From Paecilomyces variotii (Eukaryota): 64,000 nt of DNA. Position 1 is the first letter of the stretch, and each line of letters starts with the position of its first letter. The position numbers were made by a program, and so were the translations under genes. The notes beneath the pieces were generated by a model that saw nothing but the letters and a program-made list of their open reading frames with translations, did not search any database and was not told where the DNA came from. Below, one piece after another: positions 12,851 to 26,227 of this stretch. The stretch lies in NCBI GenBank assembly GCA_004022145.1, contig RCNU01000012.1; one strand, 5' to 3'.

Positions 12851-13460
12851 CCCATACTAATATTACTAATACAGATCTACTTTTTATACAACGAATCCTC
12901 TATACAACGAATTACACTACCTGGCTAAAATGATTCGTTATATCCAGGTTTTACTACTGTACTGGGAAGTCCTCGAATAAAGACAATTAGCGCCAGGGAT
13001 CGGCAGTGCCTAGAACAACTCCGAGATTTGTACTTCCTTGATGAAATCAAGCCTATGACAGGAAGCAATACCAAGGGTTTGGAAAAGACAGAGAGCAGTG
13101 AAAAGGACCACAACCACAGAAATGAGGACAACGAATCATCGCCAAGAAAGGAACGCAAAAAAGAAGTTAGGGAGGACAACTACACTCGCCAAACTCGTCG
13201 ATTAACAAAAGATGCAAATTCTGATACCTCGGTTAAAGAGCGTCCAGCAGATTGGGTCCTAGGGCCCAGTCTATCAGCTGAGGATGCTGTTCACCGATAT
13301 GCGCCCCTTTTTGCACACGGATGAATAGGGAGATTATTTGTGGGGTCACAGAGGACAATAATACCTTTACTACAGTAAAACCTGGATATAACGAACCTGC
13401 GTATAACGAATACCTCGACATAACGAATTTGAGACCGTGTCAAAATTAAAATCCCATACA
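12851..13460. mobile_element. pogo/Tc1-mariner-like MITE remnants: two TIR-bearing ends facing outward
   Basis: Perfect 22-bp inverted repeat: TTCGTTATATCCAGGTTTTACT (12934-12955) and AGTAAAACCTGGATATAACGAA (13374-13395, preceded by TAC). Repeated subterminal ATAACGAA/ACAACGAA motifs next to both; no transposase ORF. Confidence 0.65.
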
Positions 13461-14530
13461 AAAATTTCTTCTAATAGAGATAGGTATGCCTTGACATGAA
13501 GTTAATGGACCCTGAGAACAATTTTCTGCCTGAAGAAATCAGAACCAATAGACATAGATTTCAATTGGGGCGCCCCTGCATAGTTTTCACCTTCATGAGC
13601 GATTTTCACTCGCCAACAGAGAAGTTTGACTGAATCTGACGTCTGCTCCGGGAGGGTGACATTGCTTCTAGAAGGATACCTTGGAAAACGGACAAGGAGC
13701 ACAAAATCCCGCACCCAGAATAATCTAGAAGGATGACCTGGGTCTTGGTGACCGGGCTGTCTCTGCGGGGTTTGTGTTGGTATTGGTGGATAGAACGCTA
13801 TAACAGCTTCGATTATTGATGTATGCTGTATCTATGCATAGCTAGATGATCTCCCTTCCAGAAGAGTTCCAGGCGATCAATGTAGGTTCGTCGTTTCGAG
13901 ATCGACCAATAATTAAGAGGCATTGCTAAGATCGTTGACATGCAGTTGGTTTCTACTTTTTGTGTTCACGTGCAGCGCGGGGTCTCATCCTTGCGATGCA
14001 AGGAATATGGCAGCTGATGGTTCCCAACGTCCAAAGAGAGTGAGCATCCCACCCAGTCAATGTGTATGAATACTGGACGAGTCCAGTGTAAAGGTGCAAA
14101 GACGCTCTTTGCGATATAGGTCCTCTCAATGGGGCATCAGAATGAGTAGGCTAGAAGGCAGCTGCACCCGAAAGATTCTATGGTATGGCTGTCAATCCGG
14201 GATACTCATGTCAACCGGCGACACCACATTGGTACGCAATGGCTACGGTACATTCTTTCAAGTCTATGAGGAGTCGAGGACTAACGGGGACATTATCCAG
14301 AACATTCCATCATCGCTCGACTTATGAGCCGACACGGACCGTACTTATCTCCGTACAGTGTGCAGTGAAGATGCCTCCGAGTGGGATCCGAATTTGTCTG
14401 TGCCTATAGTTTACTACTAACCAAGCCGGGCCGAACAGACAATAAAATGAAACTTGTGGCCGGCAGGCTTTGACGGCGTTTGATGGTGAAAAGCATATCA
14501 GAAGATCGACATTGCCGTCCCCGCAAGCAT

Positions 14531-14557
14531 CGGGCAATTGTCGGGGATATAGCCAAT
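14531..14557 (+). promoter_or_regulatory. AmyR site (CGG-N8-CGG) with adjacent CCAAT box in the agdA promoter
   Basis: CGGGCAATTGTCGG at 14531-14544 and CCAAT at 14553-14557, the layout known as region IIIa/IIIb in Aspergillus amylolytic promoters. Confidence 0.75.
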
Positions 14558-14921
14558 CATTGTGCACAACTAAGAATGACAGCCACAGCATCATGGACGA
14601 GTACGAACAAGTCACTCTGAATTTTGAAACAAACTCGCACCGGATAATTTGGGAAGAGAGGGCACGGCCTCAGATTCCACGCGCGACTCAGCGGATAGGA
14701 CATCTCTTTGCGTACCTGATCTTCTGTCCGTGTCCTGTCATACTACGGTACCTGCGTATTAGCATGAAGCTGCCGTCGCTCCGAGACGCAAAAGCCCCGA
14801 AAGCCGAAATTGACCAGGATAACAGATCAGAAAGAAGCGAAGACAAACAGAATACAAGTCATCTTCGAGACGCGGTTCTGCCTAAATCAGAGCTCCAGCT
14901 TCTCCGCAGTGCGCGGGCGGA

Positions 14922-15056
14922 CCCCGCAAGAATTAATAGTTAAACTGGATCTGGAAGGTCGGTAGAAACTCAACGGAGCTAATGTAATAATTAACATGTA
15001 TCGTGTATCATTACCTTTGCTAGCTTCGGGGAGAAAAGCGGGGGATCTCTCCGGGG
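14922..15056. promoter_or_regulatory. CreA consensus sites in the agdA proximal promoter
   Basis: CCCCGC 14922 (GCGGGG on minus), GCGGGG 15038, CCGGGG 15051. Confidence 0.5.
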
Positions 15057-15248
15057 TTTATACAATGAGGCTACAGTAGTAGTACAGAACATCTTGAGCT
15101 TTGCGGTTCGGGGACTCCCGATCCATTCTTGGCTCTGAAAGGTTATAGCATATAAGGTACGTGGATTTCCGGTGAAGAATTCGTTGCCAGCTTGTATAAT
15201 GTACAGTGACGGACTAGACAGCGTCTGACACCGGCATTGATCGACGAC

Positions 15249-18200
15249 ATGGGCGGTTTCACGCATTATATGCTGGCCAGCGCCTGGCTGCCTCTGACGC
15301 TGGGAGCGGCGATCTCACCAGCTCCAACTTCATCCACGGCGTCATGGGGACCAGTATTCACCGTGCCAGCGTCCGCCGACGAGGGTGCTCAGTTGGTAGC
15401 CAACATCAATGATCCCCAATCGGTCAATGCGCAAACGGTCTGCCCAGGCTATGTGGCGTCGAACGTCCAAAACAACGAATTTGGATTCACTGCTACATTG
15501 AACCTCGCTGGAAAAGCTTGCAATGTCTATGGGACAGACGTTAACTCTCTGAACCTGACGGTGCAATACCAAGCAAGCGACCGCCTGAACATCAACATTG
15601 GCCCAGCACATGTCGATGCTTCCAACGAATCTTGGTATATCCTGTCTGATGATTTGGTCTACAAGCCTACGGTTGATGGAACTGCTTCCATTTCACAGAG
15701 CGACCTGTTGGTCTCGTGGTCGAATGAGCCTTCCTTCAACTTCAAGGTCATCCGCAAGGCAAATAAAGATGTACTTTTCAATACAGAGGGTACAGTGCTG
15801 GTATACGAAAATCAGTTCATCGAGTTTGTCAGTGCACTACCTGAAAATTACAATCTCTATGGCCTCGGCGAGAGGATTCACGGGTTGCGACTGGGGAACA
15901 ATTTCACAGCGACCACCTATGCGGCTGACGCTGCAGACCCCATTGACGCGTAGGTTTTCCTCTGCAGTCTCCACTGTCATCTTCTTCGGTAGGATTTAGT
16001 TGACAGTTTGCTACAGGAACATATACGGAACTCATCCTTTCTATCTGGACACTCGATACTATGAAGTGGATTCTAAGCAGGGAACATATACTTTGCTCAC
16101 CACCAACGAAACAGATCAATCAAAGGAATACACTTCTTTCTCCCACGGTGTTTTTCTGAGAAATGCACATGGCCAGGAAGTTCTGTTGCGTCCCGAAGGG
16201 ATCACCTGGCGAACATTGGGTGGCAGCATCGACTTGTACTTCTATTCGGGTCCGACACAGGCTGATGTCACCAGGAGCTATCAGACAAGCACGGTTGGTC
16301 TGCCAACAATGCAGCAGTATTATACTTTCGGTTATCATCAGTGCCGATGGGGGTACCAGAACTGGTCCGTAATGGCCGATGTGGTCTCCTCGTTCGCAAA
16401 GTTCCAGATCCCTCTGGAGACCATATGGTAAGCTGAACCAGACGTTCTCATTGCAAGACTTGTCACTAACATAGTTCTCTCATTCCAGGTCAGATATCGA
16501 TTATATGAATGCGTATCGTGACTTCGAGAATGACGCGGTCCGCTTTTCGTATAGCGAGGGCGCGGAATTCCTTGGACAACTACACGAGAACGGCCAGCAC
16601 TGGGTTCCCATTGTCGATTCGGCAATCTATATCCCCAACCCCGAGAATGCCTCTGATGCGTAAGTGCCCCATAATATCCCCGGATGTAGCCTTATAAAAA
16701 CTCACAAATGTCGCAGATATGACGTCTACACACGCGGAGAAGCTGACGGCGTGTGGATGACAAATCCTGACGGAAGCCTATACATTGGAGCCGTCTGGCC
16801 TGGTTATACCGTGTTCCCAGACTGGCACAATCCCAAGGCTCATGAGTTCTGGTCAAATGAGATCGCAACATGGCACCAGAAAGTGGCATTCGATGGCATC
16901 TGGATCGATATGAGCGAAGTCTCCTCGTTCTGTGTTGGCAGTTGCGGTACTGGAAATCTGACTCTCAATCCTGTTCATCCTTCGTTCCTACTCCCCGGAG
17001 AACCAGGAGCTGTCATATACGATTATCCCGAATCCTTCAACGTCACCAATTCTACTGAGGCAGCCTCTGCGTCTGCCGCTTCGGTCAGTCAGGCTGCGGC
17101 CACAGCTAGCGCAAGCGCATCGACGACTACAAGCTATCTTCGAACAACACCCACACCTGGCGTACGTGATGTGAACCACCCTCCGTACGTCATCAACAAT
17201 GTCCAACCTGGACATGACCTGGCTGTTCATGCCGTATCCCCCAATGCTACCCACATTGACGGGGTCTCAGAGTATGACGTGCACAACCTCTGGGGTTATC
17301 AGATCCTCAACGCTACCTATCACGGCCTGCTGAAGGTTTGGGAAGACAAGCGACCTTTCATCATTGGTCGATCGACATTCGCCGGCAGTGGTAAATGGGC
17401 TGGCCACTGGGGCGGAGACAACACCTCGTTATGGGCGTACATGTTCTTCTCTATCCCACAGGCCCTGTCCTTCTCGCTCTTCGGCATTCCCATGTTTGGA
17501 GTCGATACGTGTGGTTTCAATGGGAATTCCGACGAAGAGCTGTGCAACCGCTGGATGCAGCTCTCTGCCTTCTTCCCTTTCTACCGTAACCACAACGTCC
17601 TGTCAGCAATTTCTCAAGAGCCATACGTGTGGGCTTCCGTCATTGATGCTTCCAAGGCCGCCATGAAGATCCGCTACGCGCTGCTCCCTTACATCTACAC
17701 CCTATTCTACCTCGCACACACCACCGGATCAACCGTTATGCGTGCCGTCTCTTGGGAGTTCCCCAACGACCCATCCCTCGCCGCAGTCGACACCCAGTTC
17801 CTGCTTGGGCCCTCTCTGATGGTCGTCCCCGTCCTCGAACCACAGGTAGACTACGTCAAGGGTGTCTTCCCCGGTGTCGCCAATGGCGAGGTCTGGTACG
17901 ACTGGTACACCCAGAGCGTATTTGATGCAAAGCCCGGCGTCAACACCACCATCTCCGCTCCTCTAGGCCATATCCCCGTCTTTGTGCGTGGCGGAAGCAT
18001 CCTCCCCATGCAAGAACCCGCTCTAACCACACGAGACGCGCGAAAGACACCCTGGGCCCTATTGACTGCTCTGAGTGCAAATGGCACTGCCTCCGGACAA
18101 TTATATATCGATGATGGAGAAAGCATCACTCCTAACGCAACTCTCAATGTCGACTTCGTTGCTTCTAATTCGAACCTCGTCGCATCTCCGCGCGGCTCGT

Positions 18201-18397
18201 GGGTGGAAAAGAATCCCCTCGCGAACGTGACTGTTTTGGGAGTTCCGACTGCGCCTTCGTCTGTGACTTTCAATGGTGCTGCTGTGCCGCGGGCTTCTGT
18301 GGCATATAACTCTACCTCGAAGACTCTATTCGTGGGAGGACTGCAGGATTTCACCAAGACTGGCGCCTGGGCTGATAAGTGGGTGCTCAAGTGGTAA
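15249..18397 (+). CDS. agdA: Secreted alpha-glucosidase, GH31
   Basis: Signal peptide MGGFTHYMLASAWLPLTLGA; introns 15950-16016, 16428-16488, 16660-16716; motifs GYHQCRWGY, WSDIDYM, catalytic WIDMSE, GHWGGDN, FFPFYRNHN. Confidence 0.95.
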
Positions 18398-18706
18398 GGA
18401 AGAAGAGATGGTTTGCAATTTCATAATGATAATCTCCGCTGGCATGTTATTCATCTGATTTATATGATGGGAAAATCTAGTTGGGATATATCCGAGATTC
18501 TTGAGCTAGGCTCATGACCTTATTCAAATGAAATGTTTGTCATTGCTAGCACAGGTATTTAGATGCTTGTTATATATGGAGATCAAAATATATACTCGAT
18601 GCATATCGACATCAACATACTGCCTATCTTGATCAATATCCCGCTTATATCTGGCTCGTATATTTCCCATGCTTTCTCTTGGAAGCAAGCCAAGATTTTA
18701 AATATG

Positions 18707-20811
<2,105 letters not shown>

Positions 20812-21287
20812 CTAAACGATAGCGACTTGTTATGCCCGACAGATAGCGGAACGATCCTTGAAGGTCTCTCCATGTTGATCGCTGATCGTCGCTTTATAGA
20901 GCGTTGTTTGGATGTACCTGACAACTCATACCCCGCACTCTCAACCTGACCTCGTGGTATAATGCAGGTCGCGAGCGATCGAGGCCAGAGATGAGATTGG
21001 TGGCTTGTGGCTTCACATGCAGTAGGTAAGTTGCCTGCATTTCCAGTCTCTTCTTGGCCAGAAACTAATTTAGAAAAGGGGCATGATCTGACCACATCTT
21101 GTTATAGATCACTTGCAGCTTAAACGACCCTTAATATCTTATGTTACAGCAGGAGTGGAGCTAAAAGGCACGCCTCGGCGCGGAGAATTCCACAAAGCAC
21201 CAAATAACATGTACTAGTATCAACAAGATCGAGCAGCTAACAGGTTCTGTCGTTTTATTGAAACGGTGTTATTGTAGGAACATTCCA

Positions 21288-21312
21288 CCGAATTGCTTCC
21301 GGTGTTTATCCG
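21288..21312 (-). promoter_or_regulatory. Overlapping double AmyR site (CGG-N8-CGG-N8-CGG) in the divergent glucoamylase/alpha-amylase promoter
   Basis: Plus strand CCG-AATTGCTT-CCG-GTGTTTAT-CCG, about midway between the ATGs at 20802 and 21813. Confidence 0.75.
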
Positions 21313-21812
21313 CCCCCTGTCGGATACATTAGCGTGTTTGCAGGGTCTAGAAGACAGGCAGACTACCCATATCTCGATTATTCTCCGATGCATGAATATC
21401 CCCATGTCTTTACAGACTGCTACACTGTCCTAGTTGCTGAGTAGGATGCGCGAATTTTCAGTTTCTATCCCGTCTCATGAGGAACCTGTAAAGTTCCTTC
21501 CTGATTTGGATATGGCTGCGGTTCCGGCTTCCAAAGCGCGGTCTTGCTGATCCTCGCGAGCGTGGAGTTTACTACTGGAATCTCGGATCGGTGGGATGAT
21601 GAGTTTCCGTCTTCTAGAACTATTTCCATAAGGTGCATGACCCTGGTCGAGTCTATTCCGCTTTGTTTCAAGAAGAATTGAGATGGTTACTAATTGTGAA
21701 AGCAGGCGAGACTATAAAATCTCATGAAGACGGGGAGGACAGAATATCGCCAATTCGTACACGAGATATCATTTTTATACCTTCTTCATTTGACGTTCTC
21801 AAGGGCGTCAAA

Positions 21813-23797
21813 ATGTATCGCCAGTCTTTCTTGGCCCTTATCGCCTCCTTAGTTGGACTCTGCATCGCAGCAACACCTGCCGAATGGAGAAGTCGGTCTA
21901 TATATTTTCTCTTGACTGATAGGTTCGCAAGGACGGATAATTCAACGACTGCTTCCTGCGACACTAGCGCAAGAGTATGTTCTACCTTGTTGGAAAGTTC
22001 ACTGGGTTCTTATATAACAACTAAAATAGGAATACTGCGGCGGATCATGGCAGGGCATAATAAACCAGGTAAGTAAAGCCGTCACGTTATTAGAGGGAGA
22101 TTCTAATATCATCAGCTTGATTATATTCAAGGCATGGGTTTCACTGCCATCTGGATTACACCCGTCACAGAACAATTGCAAGGCGATACTGGAGATGGAA
22201 CTGCATACCATGGATATTGGCAGCAGAAGGTGTACGTCTCTTCATAACCCTTGAGCAGCTCGGTTGACACAGTCAATTAATAACTTACAGCTACTCAGTC
22301 AATTCCAACTATGGCACGGCCGATGATCTGAAAGCCCTCGCGACAGCCCTACATGATCGGGGCATGTATCTCATGATCGACGTAGTTGCTAATCACATGG
22401 TGAGGAGACCAACAACCATCAACATTAACAATTGACCAATTGACCAACGAACACATAATAGGGATACGCCGGTTCAGGAGATTCCGTAGACTATAGCATT
22501 TTTGAACCTTTCAACAACCAGGAATACTTTCATCCATACTGCGAAATTTCCAACTACAACAACCAAACTGACGTTGAAGACTGTTGGCTGGGCGACACCA
22601 CAGTTTCCCTACCAGACTTGAACACAACCAGGTCAGACGTGCAAGATCTGTGGTATAGTTGGATTGGTTCTCTGGTGTCTAACTACTCTGGTAAAGTTGA
22701 TTGGACTCTTCTGCTGGCAATCGGAGTATACTGAATATTCTTTTTCTGCAGCCGACGGTATCAGGATCGATACTGTGAAGCATGTCCAACAGGACTTCTG
22801 GCCTGGCTATAATGATGCCGCAGGTGTTTACGCGGTTGGGGAAGTGTTCGATGGTGACCCATCATATACGTGTCCTTACCAGAACTATTTGGACGGACTA
22901 TTGAACTATCCAATGTGAGTGAAGAGGAGCTTTGTTTTCTATAGGCGACATTCTGATGCGCTGAGGTAGATATTATCCTCTCCTTGGAGCCTTCGAGTCC
23001 ACCAGCGGTAGTATTAGCGACCTCTATAACATGATCAACACCGTCAAGTCCGAGTGTGCCGATTCAACTCTTCTGGGCACATTTGTTGAGAACCATGATA
23101 ACCCCAGATTCGCCAGGTAAGGTCCCTCTGAGGAATGCATCGTTATATTGACCATCCCTAACTGCGACATCTAGTTATACATCCGATTACGCCCTCGCGA
23201 AGAACGCAATTGCATTTACGATCTTGTCAGATGGTATCCCGATTATCTATGCGGGTCAAGAACAGCACTACAGTGGTGGAAGCGACCCTGCCAACCGCGA
23301 AGCTACCTGGCTTTCGGGATATGACACAAGCAGTGAACTTTACACTTTCATTGCGGTTTCGAATGCCATTCGCAATCATGCGATAAACGCCGACGATGGC
23401 TATGTCACTTACAAGGTGGGTGGCATTAGTATTGCGGGCCTACTTCCAGAGCAGCTCTCTTTGATATCTTTCCCATTATAATCAAATAAACATAGAAAAC
23501 TGACGATCAGAATAGAATTACCCAATTTATCAAGACGACACCACCATTGCCATGCGTAAAGGAAGCAATGGCACCCAGGTGGTCACCGTGTTATCCAATC
23601 TTGGTGAATCGGGGAGTTCGTACACGCTGTCGCTATCAGGCACTGACTACAATGCGGGCCAGGAGCTAACAGAAGTCTACACCTGCACGAGCGTCACGGT
23701 CGACGAGAGCGGCAACGTCCCTGTTGCGATGGCAAGCGGGCTACCGAGGGTATTCTATCCGACTGAGAGTCTGAGTGGGAGTGGTCTTTGTCAGTGA
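21813..23797 (+). CDS. amyA: Secreted alpha-amylase, GH13 (Taka-amylase-like), no CBM20
   Basis: Signal peptide then [21 protein letters not shown]; eight GT..AG introns inferred (first 21975-22029, second 22069-22115); motifs [46 protein letters not shown]. Confidence 0.93.
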
Positions 23798-24087
23798 AAG
23801 ATCGTTGATCTATGGAGGTCACTGTGTAGCGTGCTAATTCAAAATATGTTCGGTCCTCTATGGGACTGCCTGTCGTTCCCGGAGCATGCAAGAGGACCTA
23901 TCGATCGCCATGATGATTAGACGTCGTCATGTTAACTATGAAATGTGAATTTTATGGTCATAAACTCGTATCCATTTCTTTTTGAGCTCCACGGTGGGTG
24001 GGCGTGGGCAAGGAATACTAACACTGGGAGCCTAATATGACGGCCAGCGCCATGTGCGGAGTGAATGATCGTCAACTATGGTAACAT

Positions 24088-26227
24088 TCAGTTATTGCAA
24101 GGATAGGACTGCAGGACTGTATTTGCCATTCCGGTAGTCATGGGGATATTCCCGTACACCGGGCCAGGAACAGACTGCGATGGAACGAAGCCAGCGAGCA
24201 GCTGCTCCAAGGACCCGTATCCCTCCGGTAATGTGTCCATCAAAGATGACATGAATTCGGTGTTTTCCGTGGTCACTCTGCGCGAGTCCGCAAAATCCTC
24301 GGTTTTGGTCACGCTAGATGGCTGAGGTACAATCTGGGTTGATCGTCGCTTGAGCTCGTTGATAATGCATGCAAACCGATACGCTATGTGCTCTTCATTC
24401 GGAGACAGGTGGATCAGAAATGCTTGGATCTGGTCAATTAGAGGATCCATGATATTGAATTCGCAGAGAGTCAGTGCGGCGTAGACGACCACGAAGAATA
24501 TGTGGTCGATAAAATCCACGGCGATGTATGGTTGAATCTGGAGAAATCTGGAAAGAATAGTACGGGAGCTCTTCATGATTTCAGGCAGGAGTCTTTCGCG
24601 GTCCGGTCTTAGCTTCAAGGACGTTCGATATAGCAATAACTGACAGAACCGCAGACCGAGGTCGAGAGTTGAGTGAGATTCATCTGCTGCAATCTATAAG
24701 CGCCTGGAACAATATTGGTATCGAAACGAGGAGGAGAGTGTTCTTACTGAAAAGATGCACCCAATCCGCTTTCCATCTTTCGATCTCATCATACTCTATC
24801 TCTCCACGTTGCATGCGCTGATTGTTGTTCTGAAGAGTCAAGGTGACAGCGTACAGCTGAATCTCAGCCACCATTTTCCCGTCATCGAATCTTGCCCCTG
24901 GGTGCTCAAGGATCCGAGAGCAATGATCTAGATACTTCTGTTGGAGGCTGAAAGGCCGTGCATTTCCAATAGCGAAGCTGCAAGGTGTTAGCAACTCCTC
25001 ACGTCTTGAGGTGCAAGGTTGCCATACTGTAGCTGGGTCAAACATAGAGCGTTCCACAAGCGCAACTTCTTGAGCATATCATCAGTTACTACAGGTTCTG
25101 CTGGTATTCGATCCAGGAATTCAAAGGCTATAATGGCGTGGTTAATTGAGATTCCGCTGAGTAGCCAGCTATCCATGGGAACTTCCGTCTGAACAGTAGC
25201 CGTCCAGAGGCAAAGGAGCGTCAACGCTTGAAGAGATTCGTACTTTAGAGGAGGTGCACTCCACAAGACACTCGCTGAGAGACGCCGTACTTGAAGGTAC
25301 ATGGCATGGATTACCGGTAGAGGAATACCCGGCACATAACGAGAGGCGAACAAACAGGCTGTGCTAAAAAGGAAGGGTTCATTCTGCCTGAGATTTTGCG
25401 GGAGGTCGGAGACATCATGCACGGAAATCCAGGGACCAAAATGTTCAACAAATCTTTTGCGTCCGATTAGTTAGAGTGTTCGACAGAGTTCAATAACAGG
25501 AGGTAGCTTACAGCTGTATGAGTCTCTTGGCCAGTTTCGAATCAATCAGTCCTTTTGATACGATATCCCCTAGAAGATGGGCCTCCGATGCGAAATCTTC
25601 TTTTCGTCCGAAAAACTCGGACTGCAATTCTCTGATGAGATGGACGGGCTTCGGGACATACAGAGAGAGGTGGACACCCTCTTCCGACCGGGAGTCATCT
25701 AGTTCAGTAGTTTGGGACCATCCCGTTGACCGCGACGCCGGGCTGTTGGATGGATTCGGGAATCGTTCGATCATCTGGCGCATCATGTTGGTTAACTCTC
25801 CCATGCTCCGCTCCAGGGAGCTCAGTCGATCTTCAATCGAGGCGGGAATGACCGCTGCCGCCTCTGACCAAACCAGCGCATTTTCCTGATAGCGCTCGGG
25901 GGTCTCTGGGAGCTCACAGTCGATCCTGCAGAGCGAGTTAGTTCTCTTGAGAAAATGCCAACGAGATGCTGTACACGCGGTACTTCTTTCTAACCTCAAG
26001 GACAGACAACGACGGCAAGCATGACTGCGCGGTTCGAGATCACAGCGGGTCTTAAGCTTGCGACAGGTATTACACGCCGTCATGGATCGTCGGATCCGAC
26101 CTTTTGGGCGAGCAGCATCGTCCCCGGTGCTTTCAGGCTTGATACTCCCGCTCTGGCTATTATTATTGTTGCCATTCTTCCCCTTCCACAATTGGGAGCC
26201 CTCGTTCTCCGATGGAGACTGGGCCAT
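24088..26227 (-). CDS. prtT: Zn(II)2Cys6 transcriptional activator of extracellular proteases PrtT
   Basis: ARPKGRIRRSMTACNTCRKLKTRCDLEPRSHACRRCLSLR matches PrtT; four introns inferred; next to the amylolytic genes as in aspergilli. An alternative in-frame ATG lies at 26272. Confidence 0.9.

Noticed and set aside
15027..15054. Additional AmyR sites in the agdA proximal promoter
   Set aside because: CGG triplets are spaced by 9 and 10 nt, not 8; better explained as CreA sites.
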